Below, in pieces: positions 19,231-27,536 of a DNA stretch of 64,000 nt; the first letter of the stretch is position 1; the number at the start of each line of letters is the position of its first letter. Origin of the DNA: Candidatus Nanopelagicales bacterium (GTDB lineage: Bacteria > Actinomycetota > Actinomycetes > S36-B12 > JAWKJK01); contig JAWKJK010000006.1 of assembly GCA_041393815.1 (NCBI GenBank), positions 103,858 to 167,857 on the forward strand, written 5' to 3'. The notes under the pieces were generated by a model that ran no database searches, was not told the DNA's origin, and saw nothing but the letters and a program-made list of their open reading frames with translations. Both the position numbers and the translations under genes were made by a program.

Positions 19231-20495
19231 GCGCGGCTCCAGGGCAGGAGGTCGGCGTTGCGCGCGATCAGGTCGTCAGCGAGCCTCTCAGCCAGGTCGT
19301 ACTGGCCGACCAGCGGGTGCGCCAGCAGTGCCGTGACGACGCGGTCCCGTCCGCCCCGCAGCGCCGCCTCGACCGCGAGCCCCTCGTACGCGGCCACGTG
19401 CGCGATCAGCCCCGCCAGGTCCGGCGGCAGCGGGTCGACCGGCAGCGGGTGCGCACCCGACGGGTCGACCCTGCAGGGGACCTCGACGACGGCGGCGTCC
19501 GGGAGGAACGGCAGCGTCCCGTCGTTGCGCACGTCGACGACCTGCACCTCGGGGGTGTCCCGTCCGGACCCGACCAGTCGGGTCGCGAGGTCGAGCGCGG
19601 CGTCGGAGTAGTGCGCCCCGCCGCGCTCGGCCAGCAGCGGCGGCGGGGACGAGACTGTCGGGTCGGCGTACGTCGTCAGCAGGTCCCGCTCGATCTCGCG
19701 CACGCGCTCGGCCCGGCTCGGGGCGGTGCGCTGCTCGGCGACCACCCGGTCGTGCTCGTAGAAGTAGCGCAGGTAGTACGACGGCACGCTGCCCAGCAGC
19801 GTCAGCAGGTCCGGGGGGAGCTCGACCCGGGCGGCGATCGCATCCCGGTGGTCCGCCAGCAGGCCGGGCAGCCGGTCGCTGCCGTCGACGACGACGGACC
19901 GCTCCCAGGTCAGGTGGTTGAGGCCGACGTGCCCGAGGCGGACCGCGCCGGAGTCGACGCCGAGCAGTTCGGCGAACCAGCGGCGGAAGCCGATGGCCAC
20001 GTTGCACAGGCCCACGGCGCGGTGTCCGACGTCGAGCAGCGCGCGGGTGACGATGCCGACCGGGTTGGTGAAGTCCACGATCCAGGCGTCGGGGGCGCGT
20101 CGCCGCACGGTCTCGGCGACGTCGAGCACGACGGGGACCGTCCGCAGCGCCTTGGCCAGGCCGCCGGCGCCGGTCGTCTCCTGCCCCACGCACCCGCAGG
20201 CGAGCGGGAACTCCTCATCGGACACCCGGGCGTCCTGGCCCCCGACCCGCAGTTGCACGAGCACGGCCTGCGCGGAGTCGACCGCGGCGTCGAGGTCGGT
20301 GGTCGCGTGCAGGGCGACCCCGGAGTCGGCCGTGGCCAGCATCCGGCCCGCCATCCCGGCGAGGACGGCGAGGCGGTCGGCGTCGGTGTCGTGCAGGACC
20401 AGCTCGCCCACCGGGAGCGTGGCGTGGCGGCGGACCAGGCCGTCCACGAGCTCGGGCGTGTACGTCGAGCCGCCGCCGACGACACAGATCCGCAT
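19227..20495 (-). CDS. Family 4 glycoside hydrolase (6-phospho-beta-glucosidase-like)
   Basis: MRICVVGGGSTYTPEL, GQETTGAGG, DFTNPVG, GLCN, GLNHLTW. Confidence 0.92.
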   Translation of the reverse strand: MRICVVGGGSTYTPELVDGLVRRHATLPVGELVLHDTDADRLAVLAGMAGRMLATADSGVALHATTDLDAAVDSAQAVLVQLRVGGQDARVSDEEFPLACGCVGQETTGAGGLAKALRTVPVVLDVAETVRRRAPDAWIVDFTNPVGIVTRALLDVGHRAVGLCNVAIGFRRWFAELLGVDSGAVRLGHVGLNHLTWERSVVVDGSDRLPGLLADHRDAIAARVELPPDLLTLLGSVPSYYLRYFYEHDRVVAEQRTAPSRAERVREIERDLLTTYADPTVSSPPPLLAERGGAHYSDAALDLATRLVGSGRDTPEVQVVDVRNDGTLPFLPDAAVVEVPCRVDPSGAHPLPVDPLPPDLAGLIAHVAAYEGLAVEAALRGGRDRVVTALLAHPLVGQYDLAERLADDLIARNADLLPWSRA

Positions 20496-20975
20496 GTGGA
20501 TGATTCTGGGGACAACCTGGGTGTTGTCGCAGCCGTTCTGGGGACAACATGGGGACGACGTGTGCATGACGGGACGTTGGACCCATCTTCCGGAAAATGT
20601 TCGCCGAAACCCTTGCGCGCCAACGGATCGAGCGACTAGAACTACGCCTACGCCGACGGGGTCGGCGGGCCCCCGGGCCACAGGGAGCGAGCCGGACGGC
20701 GCAAGCCGCGAGGGGAGCGACCGGGCCGGTCGGAGGCGGAGCGCCGGGCTTGCTCGTGCGAACCGCATAGGACGACGGGGACTCCGGGCCGAGAGGCGCG
20801 GAGCGTGCCGGGACCGGGAGACCGGGACCGGGGCGGAGCTCGCGGAGCCCGACGGGGAGTGTCGCGAGCGACGTCGAGACGTGCCGGTCCGCCGGTGGCG
20901 CAGTCGCCGCACGTGACGCGAGGCGGGCCCCTCGATCTCATACATCGAGGGGCCCTTCCTCGTGTCGGGGCTGTT

Positions 20976-21032
20976 CCTCGCGGTGCGACTCCTGGCGGTG
21001 CGACTCCTGGCGGTGCGACTCCTCGCGGTGCG
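20976..21032. repeat. 15-bp tandem repeat, about 3.8 copies
   Basis: CCT(C/G)GCGGTGCGACT units at 20976, 20991, 21006 and partial at 21021. Confidence 0.85.
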
Positions 21033-21052
21033 GCCGTCGCTCCGGCTGGGGG

Positions 21053-22786
21053 CTACGCCGGGTAGCGCGCCGCGACGGCCGTGACCAGCCGGTCCCGGGC
21101 CGTGTCGGGCGGAAGATGCCCGGCTGCCACCGCCCGCTCGACCTCGGCCACCTGGTCGGCGAGCACCCGGTCGCGGAACACGCCGCGGATCCACCGGGCC
21201 AGGTCCCCGCCCTCGGCGTGGTGCCGGATCACGCTCGCCTCGCAGTCGCGCAGCACGTCGCACAGCTGGCGCATGCTCCCGGCCGTCCCGGCGGGCCGGT
21301 CCCGGCCGTCGCGGAAGTGGAAGCGCCGGTCGGTGCGGACCTGCTGGGTGGCGTACTTGTGCCGGTGCCGTACGTAGCCGCTGACCGGCTGGGGCACGGT
21401 CACGGGCACGACTCCTCCGTACTCGGGGGCTGCCGCGAGCAGCACCTGCTGCGGCGACAGCCGCGACAGCCGGCGGCCGATCTCGTCGGCGGGGGCACCG
21501 GAGACGGCGGCGGCGGCGTGGAGCGTCTCGGCGGACGCCCAGCCGGCCAGCGGCACGACCACGACGGCGTCGGTCGCGGCCAGGACCTCCGGGGCGAGGG
21601 AGCCGGGCTGCCAGGTGACCAGGCAGCAGCCGCGGTCCCCGGACAGGGCCCTGTCGGCGAGCTGCGCGCTGTGGTCGGCCAGGGACTGCGCCTCGTCCAG
21701 GAACAGCCAGTGCGGCAGCCCGGTCTCGCGTCGCGCGTCGTGGACCGCGGCGATCAGGTGCGGCAGGTAGTCGCGGGTCTCGGCCGGGCTGAGCGAGGAC
21801 AGGTCGAGCACGACGCTGGAGAAGCGGTGCGCGCAGCGCTGGACGATGCGGTCCGGGGCCGGCAGCCCGTCCCGGGCGTCGACGGCGACCACGCCGCGCA
21901 GCCGGGCCAGTCCGCCGTGGTCGCCCTCCGGGTCGACGAGCAGGACCGAGTAGTGCAGCGCGGTGAGGCGCTCCGCCAGCAGACCCGCGACCGCGCTCTT
22001 GCCGGCCCCGGACTCGCCGCACACCAGCAGGTTGACCTGCGAGGACGGCAGTTCCACGGGGGTGCCGTCGGGACCGGTCCCCAGCACCAGGCGCCACCGG
22101 CCGGAGTGCACCCGTCCCGTGCCCTGCAGCAGCGGGCCGTCGAGCAGGTCCCGGACGCCGTCGCCGGCGGGGCGGTCGAGAACGACGTCCGCGTGCCGCT
22201 TGAGCGCGGGAACCGCGTTGCCGACGGCGACACCGATCTCGCAGACGTCGAGCAGCGGGTGGTCGTTCTCGGCGTCGCCGATCCCCAGCGCACTGTGGTG
22301 CGAGATGCCCAGTTCGCCGAGGGCCTCGTAGACGCCGGTGCCCTTGGTGACCCCCGCGGGGAGGACCATGAGGGCGGCGCGGTTGTAGACCAGCTGCGCG
22401 TCCAGGCCCAGGACGCGGATCTCCCGGAGCACCGCGACGGCGTGCTCGGACCAGGTGGCCAGCAGCACCCGCCCCTGCCGGAAGGGGATGCCCGCGGTGC
22501 GCAGGGCCTCGGGCAGCACCGGGTCCAGCGGGGCGGTCAGTGGGCGGTCCTCGCCGCGGTGGCGCAGGACCGCGCCGTTCTCCGCGACGATGGCGTCGAC
22601 GTGCTCGTCCACATCCGGGAAGTCCTCGACCAGTTCGGACAGGATCCGCCCGGTGACCAGCAGGACCGTGACTCCCGCCGAGCGGACCTGGGCGCGCGCC
22701 GCCAAGACCTCGGGTTCGGGACGTCGGCCGTGGGTGCTCAGGGTGCCGTCGAAGTCGGTCGCGACGACCCGGATGAATCCCGCCAT
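21053..22786 (-). CDS. HAD-IIB (Cof-like) phosphatase fused to a P-loop NTPase domain
   Basis: DFDGTL, GVTKGTG, GDAEND; then GESGAGKS Walker A, VDPEGD, LFLDEAQ Walker B. Confidence 0.82.
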   Translation of the reverse strand: MAGFIRVVATDFDGTLSTHGRRPEPEVLAARAQVRSAGVTVLLVTGRILSELVEDFPDVDEHVDAIVAENGAVLRHRGEDRPLTAPLDPVLPEALRTAGIPFRQGRVLLATWSEHAVAVLREIRVLGLDAQLVYNRAALMVLPAGVTKGTGVYEALGELGISHHSALGIGDAENDHPLLDVCEIGVAVGNAVPALKRHADVVLDRPAGDGVRDLLDGPLLQGTGRVHSGRWRLVLGTGPDGTPVELPSSQVNLLVCGESGAGKSAVAGLLAERLTALHYSVLLVDPEGDHGGLARLRGVVAVDARDGLPAPDRIVQRCAHRFSSVVLDLSSLSPAETRDYLPHLIAAVHDARRETGLPHWLFLDEAQSLADHSAQLADRALSGDRGCCLVTWQPGSLAPEVLAATDAVVVVPLAGWASAETLHAAAAVSGAPADEIGRRLSRLSPQQVLLAAAPEYGGVVPVTVPQPVSGYVRHRHKYATQQVRTDRRFHFRDGRDRPAGTAGSMRQLCDVLRDCEASVIRHHAEGGDLARWIRGVFRDRVLADQVAEVERAVAAGHLPPDTARDRLVTAVAARYPA

Positions 22787-22928
22787 GCCTCCTCCGGCGT
22801 GGATCGCGTCCCCGTTGGCTGCAGGTGTGCCCTCTCGTGCCTACTGCCATGGTCGGTGACGGGTGGCTGCGGGGGGAGGGTCGGACGGCCGTCGCGGCGT
22901 GCGGTCGGGAGGCGTAGCGTCGACGGAC

Positions 22929-23465
22929 GTGACCGACCAGCCCGAGTCCGGGCAGACCCCGCAGCCGAATGCCCCTCAGCCGCCGCGGCCGGGCGCGCTG
23001 CAGGCCCGGCTGTTCCGGGCCCCCGTGAAGCTCTACCAGGCGCACCTCGGCTTCGTACTCGGCGGTCGGTTCCTGATGATCACCCATGTGGGGCGGAAGT
23101 CCGGCCTCACCCGGCGCACCGTGGTCGAGGTGGCCCGGCACGACCCCGACGTGCCCGAGTGGTACGTGGTGTCCGGGTTCGGTCCGCGGTCGGACTGGTT
23201 CCGCAACCTGCAGGCCAACCCGGCCCTGCGCATCGATGTCGGCACCCACCACTTCGTGCCCGAGCAGCGGTTCCTCGGCGTGGCCCAGACGGAGGAGCTG
23301 CTCCGCGACTACCAGCGCCGGCACCCGCGCGCGGCCAAGGAGCTCGGGAAGCGGCTGCTGGGAGCGGACTTCGACGCGTCGCCGGAGAGCCTGCACTCAC
23401 TGGCCGAGCGGATGCCTGCCGTGGCCTTCCGCCCGGCGCCCGACGCGGTCAGCGACGAGGAATGA
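22929..23465 (+). CDS. F420-dependent (deazaflavin) nitroreductase family protein
   Basis: LMITHVGRKSGLTRRTVV, SDWFRNLQANP. Confidence 0.88.
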   Translation: MTDQPESGQTPQPNAPQPPRPGALQARLFRAPVKLYQAHLGFVLGGRFLMITHVGRKSGLTRRTVVEVARHDPDVPEWYVVSGFGPRSDWFRNLQANPALRIDVGTHHFVPEQRFLGVAQTEELLRDYQRRHPRAAKELGKRLLGADFDASPESLHSLAERMPAVAFRPAPDAVSDEE

Positions 23466-24960
23466 CGACCTTCTTCGCCGCCGCCACCAGCGCTGCGCGG
23501 TCCTCGCGCAGCAGGTAGCCGGTCCGGACGTCGGCGGCGGTGGAGGCGCGCACCTTCGTCACGTACCGCGCGGTGGTGCCGTAGCGGGTGGCCTGCTTCT
23601 TCGCGGAGAAGGGGGTCTGGGCGCCGGTCAACCCGCAGAACAGCGCGCCCGGGCTCGTCGGTGCGTAGCGGGCCAGAGGCACGTCCATCGGGGCGATGCG
23701 GACGCCGCCACGGGCGTTGCCGTCGCGGTCGCGCAGCACCCGGTCCCCGGACAGGGCGATCCGCGGCGCGGTCGGTGGTGCCGCGCCCCCGGAGGCCCAG
23801 CGGTCGAGCCGGTCCAGGGCCGCGTGCCAGACGTAGCGCACCGGGAAGCGCGTGACGGTGGTCGGGGGGCGCCACTGGCAGTCGGTGGAGATGGACAACG
23901 GGAAGTCACGGGCGATCAGGTCCAGTGACTGCAGCGAGGCCCACTCGTCGTTGTGCGCCGAGCCGGCGACCTCCCACAGGCGGAAGCGGTCGGTGGTCGT
24001 GTCGGCGTCCGGACGTCGCACGAGGGGGCTCGAGGACACGTCGGTCTCGGTCTGCAGGTTGAGCACCGGTGTACCCCCGCCGGCGAGCCGCAGCTGGGCG
24101 TCGGTGGTGGACGTGGGGTCCGTCGACCACCCCAGGTTCGTGGCGCGGGCCGACCGGGAGACCACGAGGAACCCGTCGTACACCTGGGCCCTGGGGTGGA
24201 TCGCGTTGACGTAGGTGACGGCGTACCCGGCCATCTGGGACTGGCCGGTCAGGTACGTGCGGCCCACGTCGTACCCGCGCAGCGGGTCGCCGTCCGCGCC
24301 CGAGCCGACCAGGGCACCTACCTGGCTGACCAGGTCCCAGGCGAGCGAGGGGTCGCGGTTGCCGGTGAACCCGGCCTCCACGGCGGCGGGGGTGCGCAGG
24401 TTGAGCCCGAGCCCGGCGTAGCGGCGCGGGTCGCGCTTGAAGGCGTTGAGGGCGGACAGCCCGGTCTGCTGGACGGTGAGCCCGACGTACGCCCAGCCGT
24501 CGCGCAGCAGGTAGCCGTGCGCCTGCTGCCAGGCGACGTCGAGGTCCAGCTGCGCGGTGGTGTTGAGCATCTCGACCAGGACGCGGCCGTTGAAGTCCGC
24601 GGGGTCCTTCGGGAGCCGGACCAGCATCCGGCTGCGGTACGCGCCTTCGGGGGACGGGGGGGCCGGCGAGGCGGACACCTCGGTGCTCGTCCCCGTGTAC
24701 GCGTACACCTGCGGATCGGTGAGCGTGACGCGGTACTCACGCTCCACGTACCCGGCGGCCCTGAGGTCCTGCAGCGCAGCCCCGAACGGCGTCGTCCGGC
24801 CCGTGATGGGCTCGACCGTCGGCATCGGGGTGCCCTCGGCGCGCGGGGTGGCCGCGTCTGCGGCGGACGGCACCGCCAGCGTCGCGGACACGGTGGCGAG
24901 CGCGGTCACGGCGGCGAGCGCGGTGGCGAGCAGCGGGTGAGCGGTGCGTCGGTTCCTCAC
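23449..24960 (-). CDS. Secreted alpha/beta-hydrolase-domain protein (Abhydrolase_10-like)
   Basis: Sec signal peptide; YRSRMLVRLP, GRVLVEMLN, LTGQSQMA elbow, LWEVAGSAH. Confidence 0.72.
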   Translation of the reverse strand: MRNRRTAHPLLATALAAVTALATVSATLAVPSAADAATPRAEGTPMPTVEPITGRTTPFGAALQDLRAAGYVEREYRVTLTDPQVYAYTGTSTEVSASPAPPSPEGAYRSRMLVRLPKDPADFNGRVLVEMLNTTAQLDLDVAWQQAHGYLLRDGWAYVGLTVQQTGLSALNAFKRDPRRYAGLGLNLRTPAAVEAGFTGNRDPSLAWDLVSQVGALVGSGADGDPLRGYDVGRTYLTGQSQMAGYAVTYVNAIHPRAQVYDGFLVVSRSARATNLGWSTDPTSTTDAQLRLAGGGTPVLNLQTETDVSSSPLVRRPDADTTTDRFRLWEVAGSAHNDEWASLQSLDLIARDFPLSISTDCQWRPPTTVTRFPVRYVWHAALDRLDRWASGGAAPPTAPRIALSGDRVLRDRDGNARGGVRIAPMDVPLARYAPTSPGALFCGLTGAQTPFSAKKQATRYGTTARYVTKVRASTAADVRTGYLLREDRAALVAAAKKVVIPRR

Positions 24961-25020
24961 GAGGCACGATCCTGACCGGGAACCGCCGGTCCCGCACCCC
25001 GGAACGGCTAGCGTCCCGCC

Positions 25021-25548
25021 ATGCCCGAGACAGCCGCGGTGCGCGTCGGTGTCACCGGCCACCGGGACCTGGCGGCCCCGGACGCCGTCGCTGCGGCGGT
25101 GGACACGGTCCTGTCGGAGCTGGCCGGCGGCGCCCCGGTCACGGTGGTGACGTCGCTGGCGGAGGGCGCGGACCGGCTGGTCGCAGGACGGGCCTTGGCG
25201 CGCGCCGGCGGGGCGATCGAGGTGGTGCTGCCGTTGCCGGTCGAGGACTACCGGGCCGACTTCCCGGGGTCGGCCGAGGAGTTCGCGGGCCTGCTCGCTG
25301 TGGCCGCCTCGGTGCAGGTGGTAGCGGGTGCCGCGGCGGGCTCGCGCGAGGCCGCGTACATGGCGGCGGGGCGTGCGGTCGTCGACCGCTGCGACGTGCT
25401 GCTTGCCCTGTGGGACGAGGAGCCGGCGCGCGGCCATGGCGGCACGGCCGAGGTGGTCGCGTACGCCCGGGACCGGGGACGGCGCGTCGTGGTCGTACCG
25501 GTGGTGCGTGCGGGTCAGACTGCCTCGTCCGAGGAGGGGGCGTCATGA
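25021..25548 (+). CDS. SLOG-superfamily (YpsA/DUF1273-like) nucleotide-binding protein
   Basis: VGVTGHR, SLAEGAD, DVLLALWD, GGTAEVVAYA pattern of YpsA-like SLOG proteins. Confidence 0.7.
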   Translation: MPETAAVRVGVTGHRDLAAPDAVAAAVDTVLSELAGGAPVTVVTSLAEGADRLVAGRALARAGGAIEVVLPLPVEDYRADFPGSAEEFAGLLAVAASVQVVAGAAAGSREAAYMAAGRAVVDRCDVLLALWDEEPARGHGGTAEVVAYARDRGRRVVVVPVVRAGQTASSEEGAS

Positions 25549-27245
25549 AGCTGCTCGACTCGCCGAGGCGGCGGTGGTACCTGCTCGCCGCCGGTTGGGT
25601 GGCGCTGCTCGTCCTCGGCGTCGGCGGGTTCCTCCAGCAGTCGCAGGAGGGCGACCTCGACCGCTCGTTCCTCGACAACGTCTACCTCACCCTGCAGCTC
25701 GCGGCACTGGACTACTCCGGCGGTTCGAGCGACATGAACTGGCGGCTGCAGATCGCCCGGTTCGTGGCGCCGGTGATGGCCCTGGGCACGGTGCTGCAGG
25801 CGGCGTCGGTGGTGTTCCGGGACGAGTACGTCCGGTGGCGGATGCGCTTCCTGAAGGGGCACATCGTGGTGTGCGGGCTCGGACCGGCCGGGTCGCGGCT
25901 GGCCGAGGCGCTGGCCCGGGAGGGGCAGCGCGTCGTCGCGGTGGAGCCGAGTCCGGGAGCTCCGGGGGCGGCCACGGTCCGCGACCACGACATCCCGGTG
26001 CTGTTCGGGTCGCCGTCGGACCCCGACGTGCTGCGCGCGGTGCGCGCGGACCGGGCGGCCCGAGTGGTGGCGCTGACCGCCACCGATGCGGGCAACGTCG
26101 CGGTCGCCGCGGCCTGCCGCCAGGTGTCGCGGGACCCGCACCAGCCGGCGCTGCGGTGCTCGGTGGCACTGGCGGACTCCGATCTGGTGGAGCTGTTGCG
26201 CGGCGGGGAGCTCGGCGGGACGACGTCGGTGCGGGTGGAGTTCTTCAACCTGCATGCGCGGGCGGCGCGGGCTCTGCTCGCGGAGGCGCCGGCGTTCGGC
26301 GACGGGGCGCGGGTGCCGCACGTCGCGGTCCTGGGGCTGGGTCGGCTCGGGCGGGGCATCGTGGTCGCGGTCGCGCAGCAGTGGGCCGAGGTGGGGTCGG
26401 GTCCGCTGCGGCTGACGCTGGTGGATCGCGACGCGTCGGGTCGGCTGGAAGCGCTGCGGCTGCAGCATCCTGCGCTGTCGGCAGCCATCGATGCGCACTG
26501 CCTGGACATGGACCTGGATGCGCCGTCGGCGGAGGCGGTGGACGCGTTCACCCGCATGCTGCGGGAGGACCGACCGACGATGGTGGCGGTGGCGTTCGAC
26601 GACGAGTCGTTGGCGCTGTCGACCGGGATCTTCGTGCACCGGACCGTGGACGACCCGTCGGTGCCGGTGGTCGTGCGGACCGACGCCGACACCGGCATCA
26701 GCGCGATCGTGGCGGCGCACGGGGACGAGCCGGAGCCGTTCCCCGGGCTCGTGCTGTTCCCGTTCCTGGACCGCGCGTGCTCGCCCGAGGTCGTGGAGGG
26801 CGGGGTGCGCGAGCAGCTAGCGCGGTCGCTGCATGAGGACCACACGGCGCGAACCGGGAGCGGCGCGGGACTTCATCGGGCGTGGCGGGAGCTGAGCGAC
26901 GACGAGCGCGAGTCGAGTCGGCGGGCGGCGGACGGGGTCGTGGACGGGCTGGCGGGGCTCGGGTACGAGCTCGTGCCGCTGCGCCGCTGGGGTGTGGTGA
27001 CGGTTTCGCTGAGCGATCGCGACGTCGACCTGCTGGCGGCCGCGGAGCACGAGCGGTGGCGGTCGGAGCGGACCAGGGCCGGGTGGACGTACGGCCCGGT
27101 TCGCGACGACGCCACGCGGCAGAACCCGCTCCTCGTCCCGTGGGGGGAGCTGGAGGAGTCGGCCCGGGAGCAGAACCGGGAGGGGATCCGTGCGATGCCG
27201 GCGCTGTTGGCGCGCGCGGGTTTCGAGGTGTCCCGCGCTGCGTGA
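25545..27245 (+). CDS. Membrane protein with 2 TM helices, TrkA-N/RCK-like NAD-binding domains and C-terminal RyR repeats
   Basis: ATGA coupling to the SLOG gene; HIVVCGLGPAG and VAVLGLGRLG Rossmann motifs; HERW...GWTYGPVRDD...NPLLVPW..L RyR consensus. Confidence 0.8.
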   Translation: MKLLDSPRRRWYLLAAGWVALLVLGVGGFLQQSQEGDLDRSFLDNVYLTLQLAALDYSGGSSDMNWRLQIARFVAPVMALGTVLQAASVVFRDEYVRWRMRFLKGHIVVCGLGPAGSRLAEALAREGQRVVAVEPSPGAPGAATVRDHDIPVLFGSPSDPDVLRAVRADRAARVVALTATDAGNVAVAAACRQVSRDPHQPALRCSVALADSDLVELLRGGELGGTTSVRVEFFNLHARAARALLAEAPAFGDGARVPHVAVLGLGRLGRGIVVAVAQQWAEVGSGPLRLTLVDRDASGRLEALRLQHPALSAAIDAHCLDMDLDAPSAEAVDAFTRMLREDRPTMVAVAFDDESLALSTGIFVHRTVDDPSVPVVVRTDADTGISAIVAAHGDEPEPFPGLVLFPFLDRACSPEVVEGGVREQLARSLHEDHTARTGSGAGLHRAWRELSDDERESSRRAADGVVDGLAGLGYELVPLRRWGVVTVSLSDRDVDLLAAAEHERWRSERTRAGWTYGPVRDDATRQNPLLVPWGELEESAREQNREGIRAMPALLARAGFEVSRAA

Positions 27246-27278
27246 CCGGCTTCTTGACCGCGGTTTCGGTCCGGCCGG

Positions 27279-27449
27279 CTACGCGGTGGCGAACCGGAAG
27301 TAGAACGCCCCCGATAGCAGGACGACTCCGACGTTCGCGGCGAGTCGCTCCCAGGTCCACGTCGCGTCGCGGAAGAACAGCAGGTCCATTCCGACGATCA
27401 CGACGACCATCACCAGCACCCAGAGGACCGTGACGCCCGAGCCGCCCAT
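27279..27449 (-). CDS. Small 2-TM membrane protein (56 aa)
   Basis: MGGSGVTVLWVLVMVVVIVGMDLLFF...WERLAANVGVVLLSGAFYFRF; hydrophobic hairpin. Confidence 0.6.
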   Translation of the reverse strand: MGGSGVTVLWVLVMVVVIVGMDLLFFRDATWTWERLAANVGVVLLSGAFYFRFATA

Positions 27450-27536
27450 CCGGTGACTCCTCTCGCCCTTCCGCGAGGCCATGGCCGTCATGCTGACAGG
27501 TCCCTCGCAGCGGTCGCGAGCCGGCGAGCCGCGGCG

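Noticed and set aside
20976-21032. Tandem repeat as a possible CRISPR array
   Set aside because: 15-bp units are contiguous with no spacers, and no cas genes are present.
19227-23396. 1389-aa minus-strand ORF in the track
   Set aside because: Only the last 422 aa (GH4) are real. The rest is low-complexity shadow over the HAD/NTPase and nitroreductase genes.
21116-23518. 800-aa plus-strand ORF and many similar Arg/Pro/Gly-rich ORFs throughout
   Set aside because: Typical alternative-frame artefacts of high-GC DNA overlapping better-supported genes.
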